Positions 14,600-29,433 of a stretch of 64,000 nt of DNA are shown here, one piece after another (position 1 is the stretch's first letter; the number at the start of each line of letters is the position of its first letter). Position numbers and translations under genes: made by a program. The notes below the pieces were generated by a model. It worked only from the letters and a program-made list of their open reading frames with translations, was not told the DNA's origin and did not search any database. Location of the stretch: positions 148,986,001 through 149,050,000 of the forward strand of contig OZ024740.1 of NCBI GenBank assembly GCA_964016885.1, in the 5' to 3' direction. The stretch is from Eledone cirrhosa (taxonomy: Eukaryota).

Positions 14600-17510
14600 C
14601 TATCGGATCCTGTCAGAAGTAGCCGTCACCAATTGATCCGGCTGGATCCCCAAGCGAGATCAGCCGAGTTCCCAGTTGTTAACCAACCATCTTGCTCGGT
14701 GTCTACCCTGGGGTCTTCTGCCGGTTGGTTTTGCCTGTAAAATCTGCCCAGCTATTATCTCTTCAGATATTCTAACCACATGTCCGTAATATCGGAGCTG
14801 TGTTCTCTAGATTTGGAGATGTAGCTGTTCTAACTGGACCAACACACCGGGCTACCCAATCTCTCGAGTAACACTTGAGAGGAACCTCATTTCGGCTGCT
14901 TGTATTCGTGATCGTATTCTTTCGGTCATTACCCAAGATTCATAGCCATAAGTAAGGTTTAGCATGAATACCAAATGGAAGATTGCGAATTTGGCTTTTA
15001 CACGTTCATCCCTTCTGACGATCGAATGCTGAAGCTGGTGCATTACTGTACCAGTTCAAGAAATTCCTGGAATTAATTTAGACTCCTGTCTTCCATTACC
15101 CATGAACATTAACCCGCTACACTCGAACATCTTTCCCTACTTCAGTGGAATACCACTCACATCTAGTGTGCTCAGCGAAGGCTTCCTTGAGCGAAGGGAT
15201 CTCTCAGTTTTCGCAGCACTGATTTTCATTTTTACTGTGCAGCACTCGGCAGAAAACCTATAAAGTGCATGTCGGAGATCAACTTCTGACGAGTAGTATG
15301 TCGCCGGCAAATTCAAGCCGACTCATCCTACGCCTGCCAGTCATGATACTACTTCCAGCCCGGCTGTGCATGTCAATCCTGTCCACGTTTGGACTTCGAA
15401 ATTGTTTCGACTTCGCACCATTTTTCCGAATACAAATGCTGGGCCATTCGTATAGAGACATCAAAGCAATATTGATCCGATATTCTTGCAGAACCTTCAG
15501 TAACAGATCCCGTGGAGCACGGTGAAATGTCTTTTCGAAGTCTACGAAACAAGCATACATCTGTTGGTAATATTCCCCTGATCTCTCAATGAATTGCCGA
15601 AGTGTGAATATTTGGTCGGATGTATTGCGTCTGGATAAAAAAAATTACACTGTTCTTCAACTAGATTAGACTCGAAAATATCCCTACATCTCTTTGCCAG
15701 GGACTTAGCAGAGACTATACCAGAGAGGTTTAACAAGTAGATCCTTCTATAGCTGGAGTAATCTCTCTTCTCACCCTTTTTAGCAAATTGGGGATTATCA
15801 CTCCCAATTTGCATTCCATAGGAGCCGTTCCTGAGATCCAGTTCACCTGGCACATGTGAGTCAGTCAGGAAATACCTTCCCTTTTAACACCACGGGCCGT
15901 TTTTCTACCACAGCAGCGGTCTTGCCACGTTTCAGCATTTTTATTCCTTTTGTGATCTCAGCCTCCGCGAAGTTTGTAATCGCTCCTAGATGCACCTCGT
16001 GTACATCAGAAAATTCTGTTGTAACGTGGTTTAGGAGATCAGCAAAATATTTTCTCCTCACGAAGATGCAACTCCGAGAAGAAAGAATGACTGCAGACGC
16101 GTTCCTGATAGCATGTTTTGAGGAGAACTTATTACGAATTCAGCAGATGGTTTGCCAGACACTTTATTTACTGATCTGATGTCGGTTTCCAGGTTACCCC
16201 AATGACTTCCCATGTCTGAACTTTTGACGCCTTTACAGTCCCTGCTACGAGTTTTCACGCCTATTTGCAACGCATGTACAAGAAAGAGAAGCTATTTCCC
16301 AGCCAAGCTTTGTAAACCTCCTCGGATGGCATCTTGACCACTTGATTGAATCAAAGGTTCTTCCTGCTACTCGGTGCCTGACAAAACTTTTTCGACCGCA
16401 ACATTTGAATGCTGAGGCAGATATTGCCGTGCCGGACAGTCTCAATTCCGTATCAAATTCCTCAATTTTCTCATGGAGTTCTCTGAATTTAGATACGATA
16501 GTATTCGCAAAGCTGTTCCTGACTTCTCTCTAACCAGCGCTTCCCACTTTACCCTATCGTGGTGGACCTGCGAGTCCTGTGGGCTTTTTTGGCTTTACGT
16601 AGCCACAGACTGGAGATACCTATGGTGATATGGTGATCAGTTGACTGCTCAGATCATCTTTTAACACGAAAAGCCAGCACGAAATCCAAGAGATCAGAGA
16701 AAATATCACAATGAATTATTGATCTCTGTCCCAGATTCCTCTTATACCATATGTATTTATGGATGTCTTTATGCTATAAGGTGTTCAACAAGGCCTTTGC
16801 ATTCGTATTTAGATCGACATCGCCGTTCCTTCTAATTAATCCCTTCAATGCCAGGTAATGAGCGCCCACATATGCATTGACATCTACATTTATGATATAT
16901 GCCACAGTCATGACTACATCGGGTGCAGCAGTGATTTTATCAAGGAAGTTCTTTATTCGAGCTTTCTCTTTGGTGCATAAACTTGCATCACCCATATAGA
17001 CCTTTCTTTCAGCCTAAGCTTCAAGATGCAATTCGTCCCTCCCAATAGGATCCATACCATAACACATTCTGTCAGCCGGGGCTTGTGCGTATAACCTCGA
17101 CTATATCTAGCCGGTAGCATCTGGGTTCCACTCGTTCCTTCTCCTCGTCCGCAAGTGTTTGTAACGTTCCAGTGGCCAATTGTCATATTTTGCTCTCTTC
17201 CACACCCGCTTTGGTGTCTCGTGATACGTAACCGTTGTGCTTCTATCCCAGGCCTCATATGAATGGAGATGTTAATGTATAACGAGGCCAATCTACCTAA
17301 GACTTGAATGGGATCCTTGTTATCCCGCGTGAAGGACTAACTGATATGGATGCTTTTTTCTGTTTCCGACCGTATTTTGGTGGTCTCGTACCAACCAGTC
17401 AAAAAGTTGATACTTTTCTCAGAGCTGCGAACACTAGGCGTTTTAGAGGCAGCTTTTACTCGCCTCATCACTGGGTTGTGAGAGTTTCTTGGGAGCTAAC
17501 AGTGACCATA
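14600..17510 (-). mobile_element. RTE-clade LINE, heavily degenerate
   Basis: Fragments: IGHWNV and VMQVYAP (APE); KKGEKRDYSSYRRIYLL, YACFVDFEKTF and LEFAGDILL (RT); LTYGYESWVMTERIRSRIQAAEMRFL (RTE C-terminus). Confidence 0.8.
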
Positions 17511-17566
17511 GCTTAAGTGAAATATATATTACAAGTAATTACTACTTATTCGTATTAAATTAGTCA

Positions 17567-17657
<91 letters not shown>

Positions 17658-17699
17658 TGTGTCTGCCTGCATCTGCATGTATGTGTATATATATGTATG

Positions 17700-17733
<34 letters not shown>

Positions 17734-17737
17734 TATA

Positions 17738-17892
17738 TAACAAAGAAGGTGTGGTAAGATACAAGGTGGACCATAACGCACCAGAGTGCTCGATAGGTAG
17801 GATAGTAGAGTGGGTAATATGAAAAAAGTCAGGACACCGACGGCTGAGCTCCGGCCGTTTTGACAGCTAGATCCGAACTCCTGACTATTTTC
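17738..17892 (-). repeat. Short (TA)n-embedded repeat family carrying the 3' half of a hammerhead
   Basis: Shares GGTAAG..GGACCATAACGCACCA..GAC(A/G)GCTGAGCTC..CCGTTT with 12385-12430, 50851-51030, 52671-52862 and 60776-60960. Confidence 0.8.
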
Positions 17893-17952
<60 letters not shown>

Positions 17953-18219
17953 ACGCGTGTATACCTGCATATATGTATGTATTAATATATATGTATCTTT
18001 TGTTCTTTTTTTGTCATGCAATGGCCATATCGCAGGGGCAGCCATCATTATGTATGTATGTATGTATATATGTGCGTGCGTCATTTTATCTTCATTTTAT
18101 ATTGCAGGAATACTTCTTTGTAACTGTCGATATGAATGAAAACAGGGATGTTCTACTAACACAGTTTATGAAATTTTCCATTGAAGAAAATATACAAGAG
18201 ATGTTCCCAATATTATAAA

Positions 18220-18552
18220 ATGGAATTATATTCAACACCTGGTGCAGTTGAAACTTCAAACTTTCCCATATCAAGTAATTTTATTTTGAGAAAGAAAACC
18301 GAAAGTAATATTTTACGGGCAAATGCAGAGGGCATTGTGGTTAAGCCTGAAAATGTTTTCTCGATAACAGAGAGTAGACATTTTACAAAACTAACCAAAG
18401 AACATGTATCTGATTTAAGGACTCATGGATCTTCTTTTTCTAAAGAATGTTCTTCGAAAAACATTTCTGATAAACACAACACAAATATAGACGCTGAAAA
18501 CAATGCAATTTTGCATACTCAGATTAATAACTCAGTTATAAATAATTGCACT

Positions 18553-18597
<45 letters not shown>

Positions 18598-18706
18598 TCC
18601 GATGACCTACCTTGGGAATATAATTCTTGTAATTCTTCGTGTTTACGAATGCTAAACCGTTCTTCCGTGGTGCTTTCATTACTCTGTATCTCCAGTTTTC
18701 TCAAAG
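18220..18706 (+). CDS. SLCO: SLCO/OATP organic anion transporter, first coding exon (N-terminus with poly-Asn, start of TM1)
   Basis: Acceptor TTGCAG at 18107, ATG at 18220, ends CLRMLNRSSVVLSLLCISSFLK-G with AG|GTAAGT donor (phase 1). It joins in frame to 45157 to give ..[13 protein letters not shown].., resembling SLCO4 FLQGMTVNGFIN. Confidence 0.8.
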
Positions 18707-18761
18707 GTAAGTGCAAATTATAAATCCGTCAATCTATCTATCCATATATTTACACACACAC

Positions 18762-18843
<82 letters not shown>

Positions 18844-18912
18844 AGATACCCCTGTAATTTAATGAGCTCAAAAGAAAAGTTTTCCAGAACACTTCAAAAT
18901 AAGAACAGGAAC

Positions 18913-19184
18913 AATATAGACAGGAAAAACACAAGAGAGTGTGTTTTCATTTACACTAGCGTGAAAAATATATAAGCAACGAGAGGTTTGGACATTATAA
19001 TTAAAATTAAAATGAAAAAACCAACCTCATAACTAAATCACACTGTTATGAGGTTGGTTTTTTTTCATTTTAATTTATCCTTTTAATTATAATGTATTTC
19101 CCAAACCTCTCGTTGCTAATGTTTTTCACGCTAGTGGTTTATACTCCTGTAAATGAAAACACACTCTCCTGTGTTTTTCCTCTC

Positions 19185-19189
<5 letters not shown>
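18913..19189. repeat. Palindrome within a (TA)n-flanked element (18841-19189)
   Basis: 18913-19032 is the imperfect reverse complement of 19045-19189. No HHR core seen. Confidence 0.8.
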
Positions 19190-19278
<89 letters not shown>

Positions 19279-19329
19279 ACGAGATTTTGAGAAGTTTATC
19301 ATTTCACGAGCTTGTTAGAAGAAAAGCGG

Positions 19330-20560
19330 TTGGGGTCGTATCTTTAGTAAATGATCAGGACAATAACAGAAATTCGAGTAATGGTTTCTCTTTCAGTTAC
19401 TGCAATGAATGAATATATCTCTCGCTGAACAAGTGGTTAGTTGGAAAGCTCGAGCATGGTGGTACAGCTTCGTATTTCCCAATAGTGGCATTTCCGCCCG
19501 CGATTTGTTGGCAATGGTCTTCTCCTAAATTAACACATCGCAACTCGATTTAGGGTTATGTGTTATAATGTTGAGGGGCAAGAAATGTATATCTAATATG
19601 GTGTTTTCATTTACTCAATTTGTTGACTCAGTTCGGTGGTGGGGACAGCAAGTAATTCGGAATAACAGTGACAGAGCTCCACCCAATTACTGATTCGAAT
19701 GTTGGCGTGAAGATGTGTAGCGTGTCTTCTTGATAAAGCAGTGAACAGTTTACCTGCTCGAGAGGTGAAGACATTCTGGTGGTGGTGGTTGGTTAAAGAT
19801 TTAATCAACCACCACCATACCACCTCTCTTTAGATGTGTGAAGGAGGTCAATGACGTTATTTTCTTCATGTAGAGAAGTAAGGGAGCCAAAGGAAGATGC
19901 AAACATTGATGCTACGGGGAACTTATAGATATATAAGATAAGATAAAGCACTTGATGCAAGGTGAATGATAGTTAAAAACTGACAGCACACGAAGTTCGA
20001 AAAGCAATAGAGACAGCATATGAAGATAGAAAAGTTATGAAGTAATATTTTAACCAGTCTAGCAGGAAGAAATTATTGTTTATGAAATATCGATGAGCGG
20101 TGGAGAAATTGGTTTTTACACAGGCACAAACATCATCAATCAGAGTGATGTTAAAATACAATGTGCAGTTCGAGAAACAAGTATGTGTTATAGATTTAGA
20201 AATTGAAGCACATCCCGTGGTCTTCCTCCTGAGGAACTGTTTCGCTTTCACTAAACTTCTGTTTTCGTTGCGCAGGGCACCGTGTCACCCGCACGCTTGA
20301 TGCCTCAGCGAACTTGACGCCACAATCCGTCATTCCAGGGAACTTAGCTACTATGTTAGCTTCATCACTGCCGACAGGCAGCTACTGAATGTTCGCTGGC
20401 GTAGGCGCCTAGGAGACAACCGACCTAGCATTGATGGCCAACTTGTTATCCATAATTAACAGTCGCACTGTCATCTGCGAGATTATCTGCAAATCATCAG
20501 AAAAAATGTAGATCAGGGAATTGTCGTTTGGATTTACTCTTGTCTCACTGTTCCCCAGTA
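19330..20560 (-). mobile_element. Very old LINE remnant (CR1/Jockey-like)
   Basis: Only faint, broken similarity to RT motifs (QGS-LGP-LF region near 19840-19920). Confidence 0.3.
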
Positions 20561-21871
20561 TGTAGGTGGGATTACATCAAATGCAGGTCGACCTACAAGC
20601 ATATCAACTCTATCTTGGACCAACATCGTCTCATCCGCCTCCGTTCAGCCTTACAGCCAAACAGTTACATGTGACTTAATTCAGTGACTTTCTCATATAG
20701 TGCCTCGCTAATACATACAACATAGACAGGATTGGGGAATCTTACCCTTACATCACATAACTTTCATAATTTAATTGTTAAAACAATTATTGCAAATATA
20801 TTATATAATTTAATAAGGTATTTGATAATATATAATAACAGACATAGAATATCCACACACAAGAAACCTGCCGTGCACACGCACAGACATTCACTTGCGT
20901 ATATGACGATATTCCTAAAGAGTGGATTAAAAAGTATTTTGTTATCGAACAAGAGCAGATCGAAAATACTGTTTACACATATTTATAGAATAGGTTCGCT
21001 AATCTTATAACCAGTTGTAAAAACATTGGTTTAATCAGAATTAATTGTTTCAAAGAAATTATTTCAGACTGAGTTTATATAGCCTGGGAAAACTTTTCCA
21101 TTTTGAATGCAGACTGATCAACTGAGTCTGTATCCCATTTAAATGTGTTGTATTCCTGACCATTGTGCTCATAATAACATATCCAATTTTATTTAAAAAA
21201 CCTCAGTCATAAAAGATACTCGCATTCCCAAAATAAGGCATAATTTGCTTTTAAAGCTCTTGTTTGCTGAGGGATTACAAAACCTGGTTTCTTTTGATCT
21301 TCTGTATAGAGAGTATCATGTAAGCAACTCGTCAAGAAACGTTAGTTGCAGTACATTTGGGGCACATTTACTATAACAATGGAAAACGATTGACAGCTAC
21401 AACTATATAATCATATCTAAATATGACAATTCTCAGAACCAGTTTATTGAGGTATGTAACAGATTTGGAAATGTGAAAAATTATTGTCTTATTTGTAAAA
21501 TTTTAATATACTATTAATATATTAAGTTAGGTAGTAAACTGGGTGTTGCTTTAATAGATGCAGCTTAACACATATAACAATACCAAATTTAGTTAGTTTT
21601 CTACTAGTATACGTACTAATATACGTACGCATATTAGATAAATATTTTCAACTATCTATAGCGGTGCGTATGTTGAAAACTGCGTTTTAAAGAGTTTGCT
21701 GTACTTAATATATTTTAATGATTTTTATTTAACAAATTATTATTAGATTATATAATATTTGCAATAAAATAGAAAGTGGAAAAATTATATAGTGAAAATG
21801 TTCTATTCTCCCCCCTCCTCTCACACACACACAAACACACACACACGCGCGCACACACACACATAATACAT

Positions 21872-21969
<98 letters not shown>

Positions 21970-22174
21970 GAGAGAAAGAGAGAGGAGAAAAATAAAACTC
22001 ATAGAAGATGTTTTTATATGTAGAATAAATGAAAATTCAATAAATCTAGATACGAACTTTTTAATTCTTGGATGGTAAACAAAATCCTTGGGTCCATTGG
22101 CAGGATATACTCAATTGCAAGAATTTTCGTCATATATGGGTTTGAAAGAACCTTGGTTCTTTTAGTAGGATATA

Positions 22175-23308
22175 CAGAGTGCGTCTGATTTTTAAGGACA
22201 CCTCCATCTTGAGCTCTAGCTTTCTGATTCCTAATTTGTATTTATTTAATTTTTCAGATAAATAATGCCAGGCGTTAAATTGACTCAGCAAATGAAAAGG
22301 CACGCTGTAATCGTTGCCTTAAAATCACAGAATAGTTACGCAGCGATAGCTTCTTTCTTGAAAGCTGTCCGATCTTTTGTCGTTAAAGTTAGAATAATCT
22401 GGAAGCTGCTGGTGGGGCTCCAACATCAGAAGCCAAGCGCAAAACGCATGCACAATGTTCTAATACAATCAGAACGCCTAAGGTTGTAAGGAGTCCAAAC
22501 ATTCATCGATAAAACCCCAGGAAATTCAATCAGAGCCTTCGCAAAGGACCTAATGGTTTTATAATGCACCATCAGAAGACATTTCCATGAATACATCCGA
22601 TACGAGTCGTATGTGATGCGGAGACGCAGGTTTATGTCGGATGTGACAAAAGAAAACCGTTTGGCTCATGCAGAGCGCTTACTGAATAAGATAAAACATT
22701 AAAAAACTGGACGACTTTGGTTCTTTTCTGATGAGGAAATCTTTGATCAGGAACAAAAGGTAAACTAAAGGAGCGATAGGTGGCTATGCGGAGACCCGAA
22801 TGGGGTTTTAACGGTCATGCACACCAAATGTCTTGTGACTGTGATGGTTCTGGATGTCGCCAGCAACGAAAGAGATGTTATGCCTCCTCATTGTTTTCAA
22901 AGAGGTGTTGGAGACATTTGTGAAACCCTGGATAGACAGAGTAAGCAACATAAGACCGTTCGTATTCCAACATAACTCCTTGCCCTCTCATAAGGCCTGA
23001 ACGACACAAGTATGGATCCGTGACAATCTCCACGACCACATCCTTCCAGACACATGGCCTCCTAGCACCCCAGCCCTTAATCCCCTGGACTATTACATAT
23101 GGGACGTATTTGAAAGAGAGGTCCATCCTCACCCTCACAACACTATTGAAGCAGTCACTGAAGCTAACAGAGTATTCATTAAATAGATATCAAGAATATA
23201 TTGTAAATAATATTTGTATTAATTTGTATCTAAATATAGCATTTCTTGATGTGTAATACGTTTTTTTATAAATTCATTCAAATATCCTAAAACAACTGAC
23301 GCCCCATC
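22175..23308 (+). mobile_element. Tc1/mariner (maT-like) DNA transposon, degenerate
   Basis: TA at 22173-22174 and 23309-23310, with degenerate TIRs. Transposase pieces MKRHAVIVALK, WFFSDEEIFDQ, YVFQH..PSHKA, WPPSTPALNPLDYY. The insertion interrupts a ~66-bp minisatellite. Confidence 0.82.
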
Positions 23309-24982
23309 TACTTTATTACAAGAATCCTGGTGATATTTATCATTTGAGAGTACCTTGGTTCCTTCAGCAGAATATACTCTATTGCAAGCATCCTGGTCAT
23401 ATTTGTGCTTTGGGCGTACCTTTCTATACCTGTTTTAGCGGCGCTGAAAATGATCATAGACACTGTCCTTCACCCTCCCTTAATACTAAAAAGTATATGT
23501 AGTAGTATGTAGGCGATACTGTATTACTAAACATTAGGGAACTTGTTTTTACAAAGAAAGAATCTCGGCAGCGAAAAACATCTAAAGTGATTAAATGTAA
23601 AGGCTTCATGATATAAATGGCAAAATATTTCGGTTTTGATTTCAAAGATGTTAAGTATTTCTGAAGACACTTTTCTGAAGCTACAACGCTTGTTGTTTGA
23701 CTAGAAAATAGATTCTCTGTTTTATTTAGTACTGTAACAATTTTCTCACCGCTCCCATTTTCTTTGGGATATTTGATGTTAACTAATAGTAAAAAAATAT
23801 ATTCACCTCAGATACGCTGTATACCTGAATAGTCTATGTGGATTTAGATCTAGGAGTTGATAGGATGATATAATATTCAACTTGCAATAAAATGAGAGAA
23901 TACAATATATAATCTTTGATCGTGCTTCAATCTTCAATTTAGTTTCCAAAAATGCTTAGGGAAAGCAATCGCTAAATGAGGCTTCCTTGACAATATGATT
24001 AGTCATCCATTCGTTCTATCGTTGTTCGCTCTAGTTTTGAGCGTTTTGGGATTTCTCTATTTCAAATTAATTTTCTTATCCTAATGAGTTGTTCTCAATG
24101 AAGTTGGAACTTGAAATTTCCATTTCGTCAAAACACAAATAACCGATACTAGTTTAGTGAAAACATTTTTAAACAACACGAGCTTAAAGCAGCGTCTGAA
24201 ACCAGGATGGTAATAATATAAGATCAAGCAATGTTTATTGAGAGCTTGTGGTTCATTAATTAGCATGACCAATTTAATATTGATTATCACGCCACTGTAG
24301 CAAATATATTCTTTCATCACAGTGAACACCTAAAGGGCAGAGATGTTCTACAAACCAGATGCTAGAGTAACTCTAGAGTATTTGCCTTCAATCTCTGCAT
24401 TAAGAGTAGAGCAGCGCAACGCCATGTGACAAGGTATCGGAGCGTATTGAGAAAGACAATATAGAATTTGGTAAAATGCTATGTCATTTATCATGATATC
24501 CCTGTTGAGGTTACGACTCGTGTAGTTGCATTTCACGTAGAATGCATAGATGGACTCTTCGCTACTTAACATATATGTGAATTATTAAAAGCTTCATAAT
24601 CTAAGTCAAAACGTTGTTACTGGTGTGTCCAGAAATCTGAAGCAAATTCTGCATCTCTGTAACCTGGATTCCTGGCACTTTTTACTGCTCAGTTAAAAGA
24701 CAAGTCAAGTTACATATCCTACTCTCTATATGAGATACGAAAAGAGTGCAACAGTACAGATAATGAAAAATATTGTCTGTTGTAGGTATATAGTAAGTAT
24801 GTAATGTGTGGTGTTATATGTCTTTACTAGCAGAGGCACCCGGCGTTGCCTAGGAAGGACATTGTTCTGTATATATTAGAAGAAAAAAGCCAAATATGTT
24901 GTATAGAAATTTGTTATTCAAAATTCAATTTATTCTTCAATTGGGATACATGATAAAATCAATTCTGAATTAATAATACAAA

Positions 24983-25038
<56 letters not shown>

Positions 25039-25046
25039 TAATAATA

Positions 25047-27070
25047 ATATCACATGTCTGTCCGTAATGTGGAAACTGTTGACGAGCATTGTGTCTGAGG
25101 AAATCTACCATCACCTCCACACAAACAACTTGTTACCGGACGAACAGAAAGGATGCCGAAAGAAGTCACGTGGTACAAAGGACCAGTTACTTATTGATAA
25201 GATGGTAATGGGGAATTGCAGGAGGAGACACACTAATCTTGCCATGGGATGGATAGACTACAGAAAGGCATTTGACATGGTGCCTCATTCCTAAATCACC
25301 AAAAGCCTGGAGATCTTCAGGGTGGCAGATAACATCAGACAGTTGCTAGGCAGGAGTATGGGGTCCTGGGAGACAGAGTTGACATCAACTGGAGTATCCT
25401 TGGGAAGCGTGAAGATCAAGAGAGGTATCTTCCAGGGAGATAGCCTGTCCCCTCTGTTGTTTGTCCTTGCCCTGATGCCCTTGACCATTATGCTGCGAAA
25501 AGTGAGAGCAGGATACAAGTTGGGAAGGGGAGAGCTTACCATCAATCACCTCCTCTTCATGGACGATCTTAAGCTCTTCGGGAAAAGTGAGAAGGAGTTG
25601 GATGTGCTTGTTGACACTGTCCGTATTTTCAGCAGTGATATATGTATGCAGTTTGGTATTGGTAAATGTGGAGTCATTGTGATGAAGAGGGGCAGGTTGA
25701 GCAGAAGTAACGGGATCCAGATACCAACAGGTGAGATGATAAAGGAAATTGACTCTGAGGAAGGATACAAGTATTTGGGCGTTCTGGAGGCTGATGGCAT
25801 AAAGAACAAAAAAATGAAGGAATTGTTAAGAACTGAATACATTCGGAGAGTAAGGAGCGTATTGAAGTCACATCTGAACAGCAGAAATGCCATAAGCGCA
25901 GTAAATTCCCGAGCTGTGTCTATTATTAGGTACAGTGCGGGAATTCTGAGATGGAATGTTGCTGAACAAAAAGAAATGGATAGGAAGACTAGGAAGCTAT
26001 TGACTATCTACAACATGTTCCACAAGAGGAGTGATGTCGATAGACTCTACCTAAGGAGATCTGAGGGTGGAAGAGGTCTTATCAGCATAGAGGACTGTGT
26101 TCAGATGGAGAAAAACAACCTATACAAATACGTGACCTATAGTAAGGAGCCAATTCTCAGAACTGTACTGAAGGAGGGGACAGTAGGCCAGGGGATGTCC
26201 AAGGAGGAAATAACATCAAGGAGGAAGAGCAGCCTTAAGGGAAAATCCCTTCATAGTACCTTCTTTGAGAAAACTGAATTTAGAGATCCACAGACATGGA
26301 ACTGGTTGAGAAGAGGAGACCTCAAAAAGGCTACAGAAGGAATGCTAATGGCTGCGCAGGAGCAGGCCCTCAAAACGAAGTGGTTGAAGCACCATATCTA
26401 CAAGGAGGAGGCTAGCCCACTGTGCAGGATCTGTGGAGAGAGAGAGGAGACTGTGGCTCACATTGTGTCCGAGTGTAAAGACCTAGCCCAGACCCACTAT
26501 AAGGGCTGGAGACACGATGTGATGGGCAGGGTGATCCACTGGCACCTGTGCAAAGTAAACAATTTACCACATTCTGAGAAATGGTATGAGCATAGGCCAG
26601 AGGCGGTGATGGAGAACAATCAGGTGAAGGTGCTGTGGGATTTTAGGATACAGACGGACAAAAAACTGGAACACAATAGACCTGACCTGGTGGTTGTGGA
26701 CAAAGAAAAAAGATCGTGCCTGATTGTGGATGTGGCCTGCCCGTTCGACACGAGAGTGCAAGAGAAGGAGAGGGAGAAAATTAACGGATACCAGGACCTA
26801 AAGTGGGAGGTGAAAAGGATTTGGAACTGCCATGAAGTCAAAGTGATCCCGATTGTCTTAGGCGCACTGGGGACTATCTCCAAAAGTTTCCAGGAATGGT
26901 TAAAGAAAATCGGCCCCTTCACGCTTTTTGGAACGCTTCAAAAGGCATGCTTGCTTGGAACAGCAAGAACCCTCCGATACGTCCTGAATATCTGAGGCTG
27001 CAGGTAGTGGCTTGATATTCAATCCAACGGACTTTCCAGTTAACCAACATCAATGACTGAGATTCAAGGA
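25047..27070 (+). mobile_element. R4/Dong-type RLE non-LTR retrotransposon, 5'-truncated, in (TAA)n
   Basis: GIFQGDSLSP, HLLFMDDLKLF, CRICGEREETVAHIVSEC (CCHC) and RPDLVVVD..IVDVACP (RLE). ORF 25322-26995 with an upstream stop at 25292. (TAA)n on both sides. Confidence 0.92.
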
Positions 27071-27104
27071 ATAACAATAACAATAATAATAATAATAATA
27101 ATAA

Positions 27105-29410
27105 ACGATCTAGATTCTATAAGGACAATAATATGTTCAAAAACAACCAAAGAAACTTCTACAGAAAAATTGGTAAGTCAACAATAACTGCTAAATCAAT
27201 ACCACCCAAGGAGGAAGTGAAAGAATTCTGGGAAAAGATCTGGGCCGAAGAAAAAGTTCATAACATACATGCCCCATGGATAGACAGACAAATGAAAGAT
27301 ACAGCTCACCTTGAGGAACAAATATGGGAAAATATAACAGTTGAACAGTTGCGCTTGGCTCTAAGAAAAACCAGCAAATGGAAATCCCCAGGAAAAGACA
27401 AAATACAAAATTTTTGGATAAATGCCTTCACAGAGTCTCATGAGCTGTTAGCCCAGTTGGATTGAAAAATGTTTAGAGATTTTCAAAATATCCCCCGTTG
27501 TCAGGAGGTTTTTGTCATTCAGTATGAAGACATAGAAAACAACACTCCTTTTGAATAGTGAAACAAAATCACTGGAAGCTGGAGAAGTTAATATTAATTG
27601 TGGAATTTTTCAGGGTGACTCTTTATCACCGCTTTTATTCTGCATCGCACTTATACCATTAAGTAAAATTCTCAATGAAACAAAACATGGATATAAAGTC
27701 TACGACAAAACCCTTAATCACTTGTTCTACATGGATGACCTGAAACTATTTGCAAAAAAAGGTGAACAATTGCAAGGGCTATTATCCACTGTGGAGCATT
27801 TCAGTAATCACATTAAAATGGAGTTTGGACTAGATAAATGCGCCAAAGCAACGTTCACCAGAGGAAAGCTGCTGAAGAGTTAATCTTGATCGGGGGAACG
27901 TGATAAGAGAACTTGATCAAGAAAAAACTTACAAATATCTAGGTGTTTGTGAAGGAGACGGAATCAAGCACTCGACAATGAGGGAAAGGATAAGGAAGGA
28001 ATGTTACCGCAGAGTAAGAGCAATCTTAAGAACGGAATTGAATGCAAGGAATAGGATCGATGCCATAAACACGCTTGCCATACCAGTAGTAACCTACAGT
28101 TACAATGTCATCAACTGGTCAAGCACAGAGATCCGTAGGCTCGATACAAAAATTCGAAAATTCTTAACCATGCACAGAATGCATCACCCTAAGGCAGATA
28201 TAGATAGAATATATCTCCCTAGGAAAGAAGGAGGACGTGGGTTAATCCAGTTAGACATTGCGTTGAAAACTGCAACAATTGGATTATCTACATATCTAAG
28301 GGAATCACATGATTGGATGATCAAACTCGTTTTGAAACACGAAAGCATCAAAAGATCATATTCCATTACAAAAGATGCACAAAGATACAGTAATGGACTA
28401 CAAATTTCAGAAGTCCCATTTACTGCTGAAATGGAAAACACAGAAAAAGCAAAGCAGGTAAAAGTAACTGCAAAGAAAGAACTGCTACAGAAACTGGCTA
28501 AGAAATGGCAAGAAAAGCCTCTGTATGGAAAATACCCAGAGCGAGCTAACAATCCTGATGTTGACAAAACTTTAACCCATCAGTGGTTGGCATCCTCTGA
28601 ACTGAAATCGGAGACTAAAGGACTGATTATATCAGCACAAGATCAGTGTCTGCCAACAAAAAATTACCAAGCCAACATAATAAAAAATGGATGCAGCCCA
28701 TTATGCCGTGTATGCAAAAAACAACCAGAGACCATTGACCATATAATTTCAATGTGCAGTCCTATAGCTCCAACCGGATACCTAAACAGGCACGACAGAG
28801 CTGCACAATACATACATTGGATAATGTGTAAGCATTTTGACCTGCCCCATCAAAAGAATTGGTGGGAGCATCAACCACCTCCCATACTTGAAAAAGATCA
28901 CATCTCAATCTTGTGGAACTTTAGCATCCAAACAGACCGAAACATAGATGCAAATAGACCTGATATAATATTGAAGGACTTTAAAAAGAGGGTATGCCTG
29001 CTAATTGATATGTCTGTTCCAATAGACAAGAATGTATCTATAAAAACATTTGAAAAATTGAGCAAGTATAAGGACCTGGAGATAGAAATTGGAAAAATGT
29101 GGAAATTGAGAACTAAAACAATACCAGTGGTTGTAGGCGCTCTGGGAATGATACCTAAGGGGTCTAATGATTACTTATCGAAAATCCCAGGAAACCCGCG
29201 TATAGGAGAAATACAAAAGATAGTACTAATGGGAACTGCCCATATACTAAGGAAGATTCTGTCAATATAAGTACATCACAAGTCTAAACACTAAAGATGC
29301 ATGTGTGAGTATGTATGTTCTTTCTTGAACATGGCGGACCTTGTTGTCTCTTGAGGTCACTGGTTGTGACTTGGTGATAACTCGTATGAACATAAAGCAA
29401 GATAAATGCA
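27105..29410 (+). mobile_element. Second R4/Dong-type element (different subfamily, internally deleted) in (TAA)n
   Basis: FKNNQRNFYR, WKSPGKD, GIFQGDSLSP, HLFYMDD, CRVCKKQPETIDHIISMC, RPDIILKD. (TAA)n on both sides. Confidence 0.92.
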
Positions 29411-29433
29411 AATAATAATAATAATAATAATAA

